From contig NMRA01000183.1 of NCBI GenBank assembly GCA_002633005.1, positions 291,371-355,370 of the forward strand: a stretch of 64,000 nt of DNA, given 5' to 3'. The stretch's first letter is position 1. Each line of letters starts with the position of its first letter. Origin of the DNA: Phoronis australis (taxonomy: Eukaryota > Animalia > Phoronida). Below the pieces are notes generated by a model. That model ran no database searches. It saw only the letters and a program-made list of their open reading frames with translations, and had not been told where the DNA came from. The translations under genes were made by a program, and so were the position numbers. This document shows positions 13,201 to 26,044 of the stretch, one piece after another.

Positions 13201-16200
13201 TTTTATTCCAAGCATTTTTCTCTCCATTGCTCTCTGTGTTGTTCTTAGCTTGGCAATTGTCTGTTTTGTTAAGGTCCACGTTTGGCCTCCATAGGTGAGT
13301 GTGGGGATGATGCACTGGTCAAATACTTTTCTTTTCAGGGATATGGGTATGTTCTTACCTTGGAATATTTCTCTGTTTTTTCCATAGCAGCTCCATCCAG
13401 CTCTTATTCGGATTTGTATTTCATTGGTCATACGGTTCCCCATTTGTATAGTTTGTCCCAGGTATTTATATTGTGTGGCTTTTTCAATGATCTTGTTCCC
13501 CACCATTACTTGTTCATCTGTTTCAAAATTTGTCATGTACTTTGTCCTGTTCTTGTGTATCTTTAATCCCACATTGTTGCTTACTTCATTCAGTATATTT
13601 AAATTTGTTTCTTATTGTGTTATTTCTTCTGTGCACAAAAACTATCATCTGCAAATCTTAGGTCTGCTAGATGTTCTCCATCTATGTTCACTCCCCTTTG
13701 AAGGTCTGAAGATTTGAAGATCTCTTCCATTGTCAGTGTAAACAGTTTAGGTGAAATTGGGTCTCCCTTTCGAACTCTTCTCTCTATGTTGAATCTTTCA
13801 GAGACTTGGTTGTCGATGTGTATTCTGGCGGTGGCATCTGTATATATATATTTTGCAGCAGTTTTACATATGTTCCATTTATGTTGATGTTTTTTAGGGC
13901 TTCAATGATGGCAAAATGGTCAATTGAATCAAAAGCTTTTTCATAGTCTATGAAACCAACACACAGTGGCTGGTTAAACTCGTTACATTTTTCAATTGTT
14001 TGTCCAAGGGCTTGCAGATGGTCTGTTGTTGAGTAGCTCTTTCTACACCCTGCTTGTTCTCGGGGTTGATTTTCATCTAGTTGTTTGTCCATTCTATTTT
14101 GTAATAGCCTTGTGAATAGTTTGTATGTATGGGCTAATAATCTTATGGGTCTATAGTTCTTTATATCATTTCGGTCTCCTTTTTTAAATAATATTGTTAT
14201 TTTCGCCCGAAGTCAGTGATATTTAATACGAGCATTTAAGGATATCTCCAAACTTATTAACAAAAACTGCCCATTTTTACAATATTTCACTTGTGTCTAA
14301 CAAAGTCGCCATAACATTGAGCCAACGAGGTGCACTTATGATAGAATGGTGCCGGGGAAAACAAAGACAAATCTTTTAATCCAACCTAGTTCCTTAATTC
14401 AAATAATAAGTTGACATTTCGATGTTTCGACCTCAAGCTAACGAAATACTTTAGCCACTGATTCGATTTTTGTAATCCATTTCTTACTAGGTTTCGTACC
14501 AGCCTCCCATCACGTGACGTGTACAGGCTATGAACTGTGACCTACTTAGAAAGTAGGGGGTAAGCAACAGTAAAACTTGGCTGGGAACAAAAAGTCTATT
14601 TGAGGTTTTAATGATAATTAATTTAGTTACACACTGCAAAATCAGTTGACAGTGCGAGTAAACGTTGAAGTAGCTAACATAGTTAAGGATTGTATAGGTT
14701 ATGTACCGAAAACAAGTTTTCACCGAATGATTAACCGAAGACTTTAAGATTTTCACTTGTCCCAGTTTAATCGGCTTTTTCTCGGCTTCGGCAAATCGAC
14801 TTTATTTCAACTTAGGAACATTAGTTCTCAAAAACGGCAGGATGGATTTCGCTGAAACTTTCCAAACTTAATATTTATTCATCAATCTCAAAAATGCTGT
14901 TACGATTTTTGATATAAAAGCCTAGTTTTTGCTAAATGAGACAAAGACGAATAAAACTTCAAATGTTTTTACAAAAATACCTTGTCATAGAAACCAAACG
15001 AACAGACTAATCGAAAATTCCTAACACCATTTTTGAGGTAACTGGTGAAGTTTTCGTTTAAAAATGTTTCATTAAAATCGACCGAGGCGTTATTTTGCTG
15101 TGAATGTACCTTTCTTAAAATGAAATTTTGATTTAGAAAAGGTTTTTGCGTAAAAAAAATAATGGCGCATCAATACAAAAAGTATATTTATATTTTCTAG
15201 TCTTTGTTCTTTCAGAAAGTATTTACTTTTACTAGTTGACAGAGCTTAGTTTTTTGATATACGAGTTAGAATGGAGGCCACTAAATAAGGTTGGGGATAA
15301 TCTTAATGCAATGCATCAAAAGGATTAATATGCCAAATTCCCTAATCTGCGAGCTGCAACACAAAAGGTGGCTCCTCATGAGACACGTGACTTCACGTCC
15401 AGTCAGCTTCTTTGGACTATTGTCCCTTTACGTTTTCGACCTCGACCAGGTTTGAGCAAAATGATTATGTCCTTTCAGAGTGCAAAATATTTTTTATTTC
15501 CCTAGCTAGGCATCCCATTTTTACGTATACACGTCACGGTTTCATATGTTGTTACCACCGCTTTTTCAGGCAGGTTAGACATCATAGGAACTTTCTTTCA
15601 GCGTTAAAGCTGTATAACACACATTACTATGCCGCCACTTTTTACACTATTGGCTCTCTGTGCTCAAAGGCTGTATTTTGCTGTTGCTTTGGCAAACCCT
15701 TTCAACCTGCCGGCAAATAAATACGTGCTTTTATTTCCTTCCATCACAATGTGTTTAAGAAATTGTCATTCGTAACTAAGGTGATAGACAGAACCCATGG
15801 GCATCAGCAACTTTGGTTTTGCTCCTTTTGTGTGGGGCAGGACAATTACGGGATTAGCGATGGCTCCAAGGCAATAAAACAATGGCCGAAATAAACTATC
15901 GTGAACAAAAAAGGGGCCTTTTTTCTATCAAATTGGTTTCCGAAATTGAATTCTCTATGAGAAATTTTGTTATTGTCGTTCGTTCCCGAAAAAAATACGA
16001 TAATTATTAGCCAAAACGATGTCATTATTTTTCTAACCAAGGGAAGTGCGTTTACTGTAATGTCGGATACACAGTTGGTTTATGAGTGCCAACAACAGAT
16101 TACAAGGACGCCTTAACGATAAAAAACTGTTTACTTGATCCTGTAAAACTCCTTTCGTGTGGAGTTGAAACTGTACGCTGAACCTTTTTGACTATACCAT

Positions 16201-19200
16201 AAAACTACTCATGTTAAAAAACACGGAAAGTGCATAGGGACACATCTATCAAGTCGACCTGGCACATTTGATAGAATTTCATTCACACTATCCGAGACAG
16301 AAGGCGTTAAGTGTGTCAATGGTTTTCCTCCGTTTGATAAATACCATGCAAACTCAATTACTAGGCCTCTTAAAACTGATCGTTCCCTAATCAGATTATT
16401 TTATTTCTCTTGCATTGAGAAGATGCGACAGGCTTTCATTGCTTCAAACAAAACCTATTAAATTTCTAATGACAACATGTTAGTGTCAGTCTCAGTTTCA
16501 AGGATGTGTAGCGGTGTGTCATAAAAAATAGTTTGATTAAACAAAGGATACGAACGGTTATGTGATTGCTTCCTAAGTTCACATCCGACCGTGCACAAAG
16601 CAGGTGTTTAGAACATCAGAACGTGGTTTACAGAGGACATAATTGACTGATCTGCTAATGCTTTCTACCGCCAGGTGAACGCGGGTTGCTTCTTTGGTGA
16701 CTTCTCAAGTATGGTCGGAGCTTACCTGTGTGAAGAACTTGGTATTCCGGGAGATAGCTACGAGAGCAAGAGGGTGGCCTATTTGAAAGACGCTACTCAG
16801 GAACATGTGCTTAAAAACCCCCAAACTGCAAAGGTGAGAGATCTATTTAAACAATCGATGAAGCACTATGCAGAATTACTACTTCAGAGTTTTGAGTTCT
16901 TTTATAACTACGAGATTTTGCGATAGACTTTTGGTACGGGTGGTTACGGCAATTCCGTTTTAATATTGTCTTCTACTGCCCATTCAAAATATTTGGCACT
17001 TCTGGGCCCATATCACTAATATTTGCACTCTTCATGGAGTCTAGTACGTGTGCACTAAGTTCTCGTACCACCATTACACTGTTACGAGCGTAGGAAACAT
17101 CAATGCGGAATGTCTGTTGGGGAGGGAAAGTAGAAATATTAACTCGCTTTATTTTACTACTTGTGTTGTCCTGAAACAAACTGTATTCACCAATTACAAT
17201 CAAGACCTGTGTAATGATGTTTCAGTACGGTGTGCCCAGTTACTCCGTGAATAATAAAGAAGAGCTACTAGACGCTTTAGACAAACTAGCGTTTCCCGTA
17301 ATCATGAAGCCCGCCTGCGGAAGTGGCGCTGTTGGCTGCAAGATTATGTACAACAAAACTGATTCATTAAATTTCTTCAACGAACTGTCCAGCGGCATGG
17401 CTTGTGGGACCACAACATGTGAACAAATTGCGTATTCTCAGTCGGTAAGCTTTGTTTCTTAAAAGCATTTTCAACTCTGCATTTAAGTTCAACGTACATG
17501 TAACACAATACCGTTAGTTTTAGTGTACATGTATTTGACCATTTCATTCACAGCTACCAGTTAATAGAAATAATATATGCTGTGTTCTAAGACCGTGGTC
17601 AGGTTTGGCGTCTGGAAATCGTTCTTTGCTTGATGGGTATACTCTAAACAGAAGTAATTTAATTTTTTATAAAAACCGTAATTTCAATTTTGTTTTCGTC
17701 CATGATGTACTAGTAATTATCCGGAAGCCAAATGCTGCTTTTTTACTTAACCTGGATATCTGGATAATTTTTTCTTTGCTGTTTTCTGTAGCCTTGGCAT
17801 AGGTAATCTGGAATTAGGGGGGGGTGACCTTTCGCAACCTTTGAGCATTTTTATATATGCAAATTAAGGCCGCCATTATCCAAAATTCTATTTTTGCTCA
17901 TAATTTCCTTACTAAGCACTCCAGGTTATTTTGATGCTTTCACCCATATTTCCATGATCAATAAATTTAATAGTTCAATTTTTGGTGGATACATTGTCAA
18001 TTTGCATAATTTACGCAAATTAAGATCGCAATTATTCAAAATTTTTCTTCTTCCAATAGCTATGGTTCCAATCATCACAGGTGAATTGTCATGATATTTC
18101 TACCTATGTTCCTATGGTTAATTAGTTTAACGAAATCAGTTTGCAAGCTGGAGCATGAAAATTTGCATTATTAAGCACTACAGACAGGTTACTTTAATGT
18201 TTTCAACTATGGTTCCATGGTTAATGAACTTAGCGAAACTCGATTGCTAGTGGATACATGGTGAATTTGCCTAATATATGCATATTAAGGCCACCATTAT
18301 TCAAAATTCTATTTTTATTAATTTGCTTATATCTGAAGTACCAGGCACTCCAGGTAACATCTTCGCACATGTTTCAATGGTAAATGAATTTAATGAAATT
18401 AGTTTGCAAGTTGTTGCATAATTTATACAAACAAAGGACACCGGTACTTCAAACACTGTTTCTACTACGTAAGGAACACAAGTAGGTAATAATAGATGAA
18501 GATCCCTGACCCTTAACATACGTGCAGTACAAGGACATTGGCAGCAGGCATTATCTGGAGACATCCCACGAAGAAGCCGCCTCCATTATTGTGCAACAGG
18601 ACTTGAAATGTGCATGTGAACTTAACAAATTTTAGGTTGTTTCGGATGATCAAAATGTATTTGTGCTTCGTGTGCATTACTAAAACAAGAAACAGCTTCA
18701 AATATCACAACCATGAAGTCACCTAGTAAGCATAGAACAATCGTAGGCATTTAGTTGACAGTGGAAACATGCAATGATATTGTGAAGGTCTCCTCCCTGG
18801 GCATGCGTTGTAACGCAGTGGCATGCTATTATGGAGTTGAAACTGGATCCATCGTTAAAATATTGAAGGCTGGACATGACCTGTCTGTCATCGGCACTAT
18901 TGATTATCATAAAACAGGCCATATATGTATTTGTGCCTGTTATGAAATGAAGAGAAGCAGAAAGATGTCAGGAACTAGATTACTATTATGGGGAAGAAAA
19001 ACGACAAGGGATATATGATCACACCCAAACTGTCACCGACAACAGAGACATTCACAGAAAGTGTATACGTAAACAGAGCCCAATACTAGTCGACCTTGGG
19101 GTGGAATGTCACCAGCATTAGGTCCAACTGGACTGTGGATGGAAGAAAGGTGCCATAAACAAATCACTCTCACCATCTATAATTCCACATGGTGTCCAAC

Positions 19201-21007
19201 TCGCCCCTGTTGCATACTGGTGATGATTAGGTGTGGCTTCAGTCAGATCCCATAAAATTCAAATAGATGCAGTTGCAACGTCAATTTCTACTTTGCACAA
19301 TATTTCGGGCATGTTATACTCTAGTGTGCACACGTTCTGAGTGTTGAATTAGCATTTGAAACAGTTTGTGATTGTTCTCCATTCGAGAGATTATTGTCCT
19401 GGGTTTATGCAATTAAACAATTTGGTCATCTACTTGAGCTACCCTGGGTATCACACAAAACAAGAATTTGTAATGTTGTGTAATAAATTACGGATTACTT
19501 ATATTGATAATGTAATGACAGATTTCATTAAATTCATCAGTAAAAATAGCAAAATAATCTACATGTAGTGGCTCCCGTAATAAAGATAAGAGCAGAAACA
19601 GAATTTTTAAATATGGCCGCTTTTATTTGCATAAATTATTGAAATTTATCTTGCACACTGATTTCATTAACCTAATTGACCATAGAAATATAGACTCTAA
19701 TACCATGAGAGTTTACCTGTGGTGCTTGGTGCCACAGCTATAAGCACAAGTATAATTTTGAATAATGACACTTTTAATTTGCATTAATTACGCAAATTTA
19801 CGACGCAACAGCATGCCAGCTGATTTCATGAAACTAATTGACCATCAGAATATAAATGTACATTAGGTGAAAATATCATGATTGTTCATCTGTGGTGCCT
19901 AGTACTGTAGCTATAAACAAAAGAATAAAATGAATAATGGCGCGCTTAATTTGCATAAGTGAAAACGTCAAAGTTATCCGCCTGCAGTTCTTGGATAAGG
20001 AAATTTCAAGCAAAAAAAGAATTTTGCGTAAAGGCGACCTTATTTTGCATGTTTAAAAATGCTCAAGGGTTGCAAACGGTCACCACCTAAATCATGGACA
20101 CTTAACCCTAGGCTACATGAAACAGCAAAGAAATAAACTTTATCCAGTAAATCCAGGTTCAGCCCCCTGGCTCCCGGAATCATTTCTGGAAATCATTCTT
20201 TGCTTGACGGGAATACTCTTTCAAGTAGAACTTTATTTTTTATAAATCGTAATTCCAATTTTGTTTTCGCCCAGGATGTACGAGTAAAGTGAATCATTTC
20301 TGTGTTAGGTAATTGTAATGGAATACCTGCAAGGTATCAAATATGAAGTGGACTTGGTGATGTCAAATGGGAGACTTGTCGGCGGTTCAGTTGGACATGC
20401 GGGCCCCGCCCCACTTCCATACTTTTGGGGCACTTCTTGGGTTACACCAGGTGGTGCTTCGGACAAGGAGCGTACTGAGATAATTGAGGCCTCGTATCTG
20501 TGCTCCTTAGCCGTCGGCCTACGTCAAGGCGTCTACAATGTCGAATTCATCCGCAAGAACGGTGACGCAATACCAAAGTTACTTGAAATCAATGCTCGTC
20601 CTGGTTGTGGCTCTGTGAATGATTTAGTTAAGACTGTGTACGGTTATGATAATCGGGTTGTACATGCACTGCTTGGCTGCGGCGTTGAACTTGATCCTGA
20701 ACAAGTGAAGTTTGAGCCCAGAATGCACGCAGCTAGGTATTACTTTGACGTACACAGGGACAGGGAGCGACTGAATACGGCTTATGGTCATATGTTATCG
20801 AATGCCAGACGTTGCGGTGTAAGAATGATAAACTTACAATCGAAAACTATTGCAGAAATGATGTTCGAAAATTCCCACCAATTCTGCGCAGTACTAGCAG
20901 TGGTGGCTTCAGGTGAGACTAGGGTCAAGGCGACCACAAAACTGTGTCAGTTTCTTGTTGACTCAAAGTACTTTGATAGCATGGAGGAAGCCCTCCTACA
21001 GTTTTGA
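10272..21007 (+). CDS. CARNS1-like: Carnosine-synthase-like single ATP-grasp ligase, 5 coding exons, about 467 aa: join(10272-10279,10796-11114,16675-16833,17226-17444,20309-21007)
   Basis: All introns are GT-AG and phase-consistent. An in-frame TAG at 10254 precedes the ATG. Motifs LCEELGIPG, FPVIMKPACGSGAVG, MEYLQG..YEVDLV, GLRQGVYNVEF and LLEINARPG are collinear with the C-terminal ATP-grasp domain of CARNS1 as I recall it. Confidence 0.85.
10796..11114 (+). CDS. ATP-grasp gene exon 2
   Basis: Pyrimidine tract ttttcattttag| and donor AAA|gtaact. Reads ISPVQYTP...IIEWLKKRNIK. Confidence 0.8.
11520..11692. repeat. Array of short palindromic units (aaaatgtaacaa / ttgttacatttt), probable MITE remnant
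   Basis: Several direct and inverted copies of the same roughly 12-bp motif. Confidence 0.55.
12162..12187. repeat. (TTA)n microsatellite next to a low-complexity tract
   Basis: About 8 TTA units. Confidence 0.85.
12874..14203 (-). mobile_element. 5'-truncated RTE-clade LINE in intron 2 of the ATP-grasp gene
   Basis: RT fragments (FIDYEKAFDSIDH; YKYLGQTI...LTYGGQTW...LKWRWGGHVAR...GRPQARWRDDV), an AG-rich simple-repeat tail, and an 11-bp TSD cgcccgaagtc at 12863-12873 and 14204-14214. Confidence 0.92.
16675..16833 (+). CDS. ATP-grasp gene exon 3
   Basis: ctaat branch point, ccgccag|GTG ... AAG|gtgaga. Reads VNAGCFFGDF...LCEELGIPG...PQTAK. Confidence 0.85.
17226..17444 (+). CDS. ATP-grasp gene exon 4
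   Basis: tttcag|TAC ... TCG|gtaagc. Contains FPVIMKPACGSGAVG (ATP-binding Lys and Gly loop). Confidence 0.88.
17719..20180 (+). mobile_element. Degenerate Academ-like DNA transposon in intron 4
   Basis: Diverged TIRs of about 150 bp (atccggaagcc...ttgagcattttt versus the reverse complement of about 20030-20180) and subterminal tandem repeats. Internal relics CNAVACYYGVETGSIVKILK (H3TH/XPG-like), PTTETF and a Cys-rich IRCG...RCSC...CTIF..C tail. Confidence 0.7.
20309..21007 (+). CDS. ATP-grasp gene exon 5 (terminal)
   Basis: tgtgttag|GTA. Reads VIVMEYLQG...GVYNVEF...LLEINARPG...LLQF-stop. Confidence 0.92.
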   Translation, partial: VIVMEYLQGIKYEVDLVMSNGRLVGGSVGHAGPAPLPYFWGTSWVTPGGASDKERTEIIEASYLCSLAVGLRQGVYNVEFIRKNGDAIPKLLEINARPGCGSVNDLVKTVYGYDNRVVHALLGCGVELDPEQVKFEPRMHAARYYFDVHRDRERLNTAYGHMLSNARRCGVRMINLQSKTIAEMMFENSHQFCAVLAVVASGETRVKATTKLCQFLVDSKYFDSMEEALLQF

Positions 21008-23889
21008 AAGAACGCTTTGGTAGAAAAATTTCCTGCAGGGCTAGGCAGGACGACAGTAAGCGAGGCACTTAAAATACGTGGTGACGGACCAGTTCTCTCG
21101 GCCTCGGTTCGTTTTATTTCGATTTCAAATTAATACGTAGTCGATTTTTCTGATAAATGGTGACGGGAAGGCTGAAACGTGTAAATGTTTGGCAGGGAAA
21201 TGGGGCATACCAATTACAAAGTAAATGTATGTAATCTTGTAGACTTCTCTACCATTAATGAAGGAATATTTAAAGGCACAGAAACACAATCGACTGATAT
21301 AGGCCCAGATATAATATGTTTTCTGCAAATAGTTGACACTACGATGTTTTTACTGCGGAGTTTTCATTACGGAATTCATTATTTGTGGTCAGGAAAACAA
21401 AATTAACTTGGTTGCAAGCTTTGCAACCTTAAGCATTTTTTATAATTCAAGATGTCGGCATCCGCCACCCTGAATTTTGACCAATCTTTCCATCTTCTGA
21501 ACACGATGGCTTACTTGATCCTGCGTCGTGTCCTTTCTTATGTTTCGTGGGGTGTAGAGCCCACTTCTGGTATTTGATTTTTTCTGAAATTGAGTAATGA
21601 TGCTTCTGCGTGGTCGTGATGTACTTGGGAAAATTTCTACATACACTGTAGCCAGTCGGCAGCACTCGCAAGAAAATATACGAAAGGTTAACCTTGAAGC
21701 AGCATGAAGCCAATACAGCTTGCGTATTCAACAATACTTAAGAATGACAGGGCTCCTACCGTACTATATTAAAATCCATTAGCCATGTGGTTGGTTGGAT
21801 GCCATCTGTGTCCGAGAGACAATGGATATCCGCCCTTTGTCGGGTCATTAATTGGATTTTAGCGTCGCCTGTGACTAAAAAGTCCGATTCTCTAGCAAGA
21901 TAGCAAGAAGGTCTGTTGCAGTTGTCCCTGGTGTATACTTGTTCCTGATCAGTAGGAGCTGAGGCTGCCCTCTGACGACCTATAATTCTCACTCTCCGTG
22001 AAATTTTGTTGAAGCAACTTCAATGCAGGTGGCTGACACCTGGAGTTTGCCCCTCACCTACGACAAGCGTGGGGGTCTATACGAAATTGGCGATATCCAG
22101 AGAATAGGGGGCGAAGGTGGTGGCATTAAAAGGGGGCAAAGTCCAATTGGCTTGTATCCCTCCAATAATTTTTACCTTTCTGCCTGCCTGTACGTAAACC
22201 ATAACGTACCATCCAGGTGATGAGACAACCCAGGACAAATCAAATACTTTGGGGGTCGAATTACAGTCGGTAACGAATAGTGGCTGATCACGGCACACCC
22301 GTTCCCAACACAGTGACACCATTCAATAGTCTATTATATGCAACCGTTACATGCTTGCAGCTCAATGTAATATATTACTACAATACATTAGACACTGTAA
22401 CACTCCTCAACAAGCCCACAACGAGATGGTCTTTTCTTTGAGCAACCAGAACAAGTGTTGGGTCGCAAGACCTAAGAGTTCTGGGATAGCGCTACATTCA
22501 TCTGAGGTTCTCACTTTGTAAATTCGGCCAACCATACAGGCTGCCGCTACTCTCGAAGCTGAATATAAGCCATAATCTTGGCAACAAGAATAAACATAGA
22601 CTTGATCCTGGAGCTCAAACGGGTGTCACGGGAGCATGAGACACCACTGACCAGCACTGCTGTTTTCTAACGGGTCTTGCGGACACTGGCGAGGCTGAAA
22701 CCTGTAGAAATTGTTTTGAATTTTGCTTTAGACAAGTTTATGAAAGAACAAGTGTATTTCACAAGAAAAGCCGACCCCTATCTAGTTGACCTGTTCACCT
22801 CGTAAACATTTCCGTGGGACTAGTTAAATTGATGTGAACTCGGCAGTTGCGAGAAAATTTATGTACAAAAGTGTAGTCCTTTAGGTGAACAAGCATGTTG
22901 CTACCAGAAGTCAATATACAGAGCCCTTCCTACCTCTTACTTACAGAGGCGACCCCACTTTAGAAGGCAACACACTCGACGACATTCATTATCTCTCTTG
23001 AGCACTCGATACTCATCTAACAACGTGGTCGATACCAGCATATTCAAAACAACCCGTTTTGTTTGGACACAACAAGTAGAAACGATCCATTAGGGCAAGG
23101 TGTTAGTGCACATGTTTAATTGATATTTATTTTGAAAAGCAGATACACACCCGCATTCTGTCATTATTCAGATAGGGAGTGATTTCAATCTTAATTTCTG
23201 ACAGATCAACATTACACGAGGTCACCATTCTCGGCGACTAACTCGCCGTGACAAGTCAACTAATATTCAATTGCATAGATCCAAGCATTGACGACCTGTT
23301 AGCAAGGTGCTAAGCAATTAGCTCCTTGTCACTGAAGTGAACTGATGCACGGATTTAACAACACAAAACTGCTCATTGCAATAACGTTATTGTTTTCCAA
23401 CAATTCTCCGTGTACCTCAGGGTCGTCTTAACAGTATTATAGGCCCTCTGGCACAGCGGTGTACTTAAACCACTATCAGCACCACTGCTCGTAGCAATAT
23501 AACGTGAATTGTTTGCCAATAAAACATGTGTAGTAAAATGTCATCATGGCAACCAATTAAACTCAGGCCACGTGGCATAGCAAGGCACTGGGATCAAGCA
23601 TAAGTGATTTTAGCAAAAACTTGTAGGCTGTGAACCATCAGTAGATCATGTGCGTTCATACGGAATGCGTGAATTTATATATAGGCATGGTTGAAAGGAT
23701 GCAAAGCCCACTAGCATGGCCTATCAAAAGATATTTTAATACCTTTTTAAAAAAGGACTTCCCAATTCGGCCCTCTAAACTAAGGCTCTGTAGCACTAGT
23801 CAACCTCGAATCATCTGGAGCAAATTTGAAGCTTTTTACAAAATCTGCAAAACCGGTAAGCATGACCATTAAATTGTACGACTGGAATC

Positions 23890-24390
23890 CCATCTCCCGC
23901 ACAGGAGTTCTCTGTAGATCGTACAATAACGTTTCTGTGTCAGCGACAAGGTCTTGCTTGCGTAGACAATCACTTTCTCCTGTCCATCATGATCCTGCGA
24001 GAGGACGCCGGAAATCCCCTTGACCAACGCGTCAATGTCTAGAATGAACCTGCCGTCGCACATAGGGAAATCCAGGACTGGGTGATGAGTTTGTGTCACC
24101 CCAGTTCAGGCTATCGAAAGCCTTGTGACAGGAATCGTCCCAAGCAAAACGGCAATTTTCCTTCGTTAACTCCGCCCGCCAAAGGAGCAGCGACAGTTGC
24201 AAAGTCCTTGATGAACTTCCGGTAATACGACGCCAAGCCCAAGAAGCTGCGCACGTCGGGAAGCGACTTGGGTGTCTTCCAGGTGGTGACCGCCTGGACC
24301 TTGTCTGAATAACATGCCACACCCGACTCTGAAACCACATTCCCAAAGAAATTAACCTGGAGGCGAAGAAATCGTGTTTCAACCAAACAC
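23890..24390 (-). mobile_element. Gypsy RT/RNase H remnant
   Basis: VNFFGNVVSESGV...DKVQAV..WKTP...VRSFLGLASYYRKFIKDFA, WDDSCHKAF and FILDIDA...GVLSQ...VIVYASKTL...RYC...RELL, across frameshifts. Confidence 0.85.
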
Positions 24391-25874
24391 AAAAAACGGC
24401 GTTACGATGAAGGACTTCACGTCTTATAAGTGACTTCCTAAAACCGCTCTGAGGTGGTGGCGTATTACAACTATTATTAAAATCTCTTGGTCAACAATGG
24501 TTCTCCCTGCCACCAACTAGCTAGATTCCTCAACAACATCATATCCCCACTAGTTGGAAAAACTGACTCGTAGGCACATGTAAAGGACTCGAAGCACTTC
24601 GTGTCAATGTTGTCATCAGTCAGCATTACACCAAATGACACCATGGTGAGCTTTGATGTCGAAAGCCTCTTCACATGTGTACCAACAGCAGAGGTTCTCC
24701 CATTACTCAGGTCAAAGTTAGAACATGACCACCTGCCATCAGAGGATGTAGACCTGCCAATAGCCTCCATTCTGGAATTAGTGACACTCTGTGTCAATAC
24801 AGTACCACCTACTTCCAATAACAAGACAAGTTCTACGAGCAGACACAAGGAATAGCAATGGGTTCACCACTATCACCAGTCTTAGTAAACTTGTACGTGG
24901 AGTGGTTCGAACAAACGGCTCTCAGGTCAGCTAGCAGACCCCCGAAGATGTGGAAACGATACGTTGATGACACATTCACACTATTCAGCCAAGACTCAGA
25001 AAATCCATCAGAGTTCCTTGACCATCTGAACAACATAGCGCCTACAATTAGACTCATTGTGGAAGAAGAGACAAATAACAGTCTCCCATTCCTAGACGTA
25101 CTAATGACTAGTGTCGAAGGACAGTTAACAACGTCAATCTACTATAAGAAGACCCACATAGGAAGATACATTGACTTCAACTCCAACCCCACCAAAGGAG
25201 TCAAGAAGAGAATAATCAAATACCTTGCATCAAGATCAAAGGAAATCTGCAGTGATACAACACTCCAAGCAGAAATGACCAACCTGACGGAGACATTCGA
25301 AAGAAATGGCTACCCATGGGATTTCATCAAGTCGGCTTTAACATCGCACAGGAAAGACAAAGTGCCAGAAGAATGCTCACTGCAGACTATGTGCTTACCG
25401 TATATACCCGGAATAACCGAGAAGCTAGGACGCATATGTAGAGAATTTAAAATAAGAACAGCATACCGCAGCTCAGACACACTGGGTTGGCGATTGACAA
25501 AAGTCAAACCAAGAACTGGCATGGGAAAAAGGAAAATGTCATCTACGAAATCCTATGTGAATGTGGTGAATCGTATATCGGTGAAATATTAAGACCACTG
25601 GATACAAGAACTGATGAGCATAAGAGGTGTTGTAGAGAACGTAATACCTCATCAGGAGTAGCTGAACACGTGTGGTCGAAACACACAACATCCAGTGGAA
25701 TAGCATCCGAATACTTGACAGTGAAACAGGTTGGACCAAGAAGAGTTCAAGGAAGCCATGTACATGAAAGTACAAGCCAATGTCTTCAGTCAGCCAAGCA
25801 AACAACCAAGTGACACCTGGCTCAGTCTACTTAGGAAGGTTTAAGTATAATAAATCCCCTCTAAGTAATTGGAT

Positions 25875-25953
25875 GACTCCGTGGTGTAGTGGTTAAGGTG
25901 CTGCAATCGAATTATCTGTAGTTTCAGAAGTCGTAGGTTCAAATCCTGTCTCA
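25875..25953 (+). other. tRNA-derived (Pol III A/B box) segment inside the Penelope element; not a functional tRNA
   Basis: A box TGGTGTAGTGG and B box GGTTCAAATCC at tRNA spacing, with a variable-arm-like TCTG...CAGA hairpin. Acceptor and anticodon stems pair poorly. Confidence 0.7.
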
Positions 25954-26003
25954 CACAATGAGTGTAACAGGTATCCGTGCTCGTTCTTCTAAGAACGCGG
26001 AAA

Positions 26004-26044
26004 CACTTGACGATGGCCGGAAAAGCGACCGACCAAACGTCGTG
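26004..26044 (+). ncRNA. Minimal hammerhead ribozyme-like motif, core mutated
   Basis: CAC-TTGACGA-T-GGCCGG-aaaagcga-CCGACC-AAA-CGT-C-GTG. Same layout as 8208-8245, but the G of GAAA is missing. Confidence 0.55.

Noticed and set aside
20309-21007. Bacterial ATP-grasp gene (contamination or recent horizontal transfer)
   Set aside because: It is the last exon of a spliced gene, and its motifs follow animal CARNS1.
22400-23800. Possible decayed transposase-like coding relic on the minus strand
   Set aside because: Too many stops and no motif I can assign with confidence.
25875-25953. Functional tRNA gene
   Set aside because: A and B boxes are present, but the acceptor and anticodon stems do not pair properly and no T-run terminator follows.
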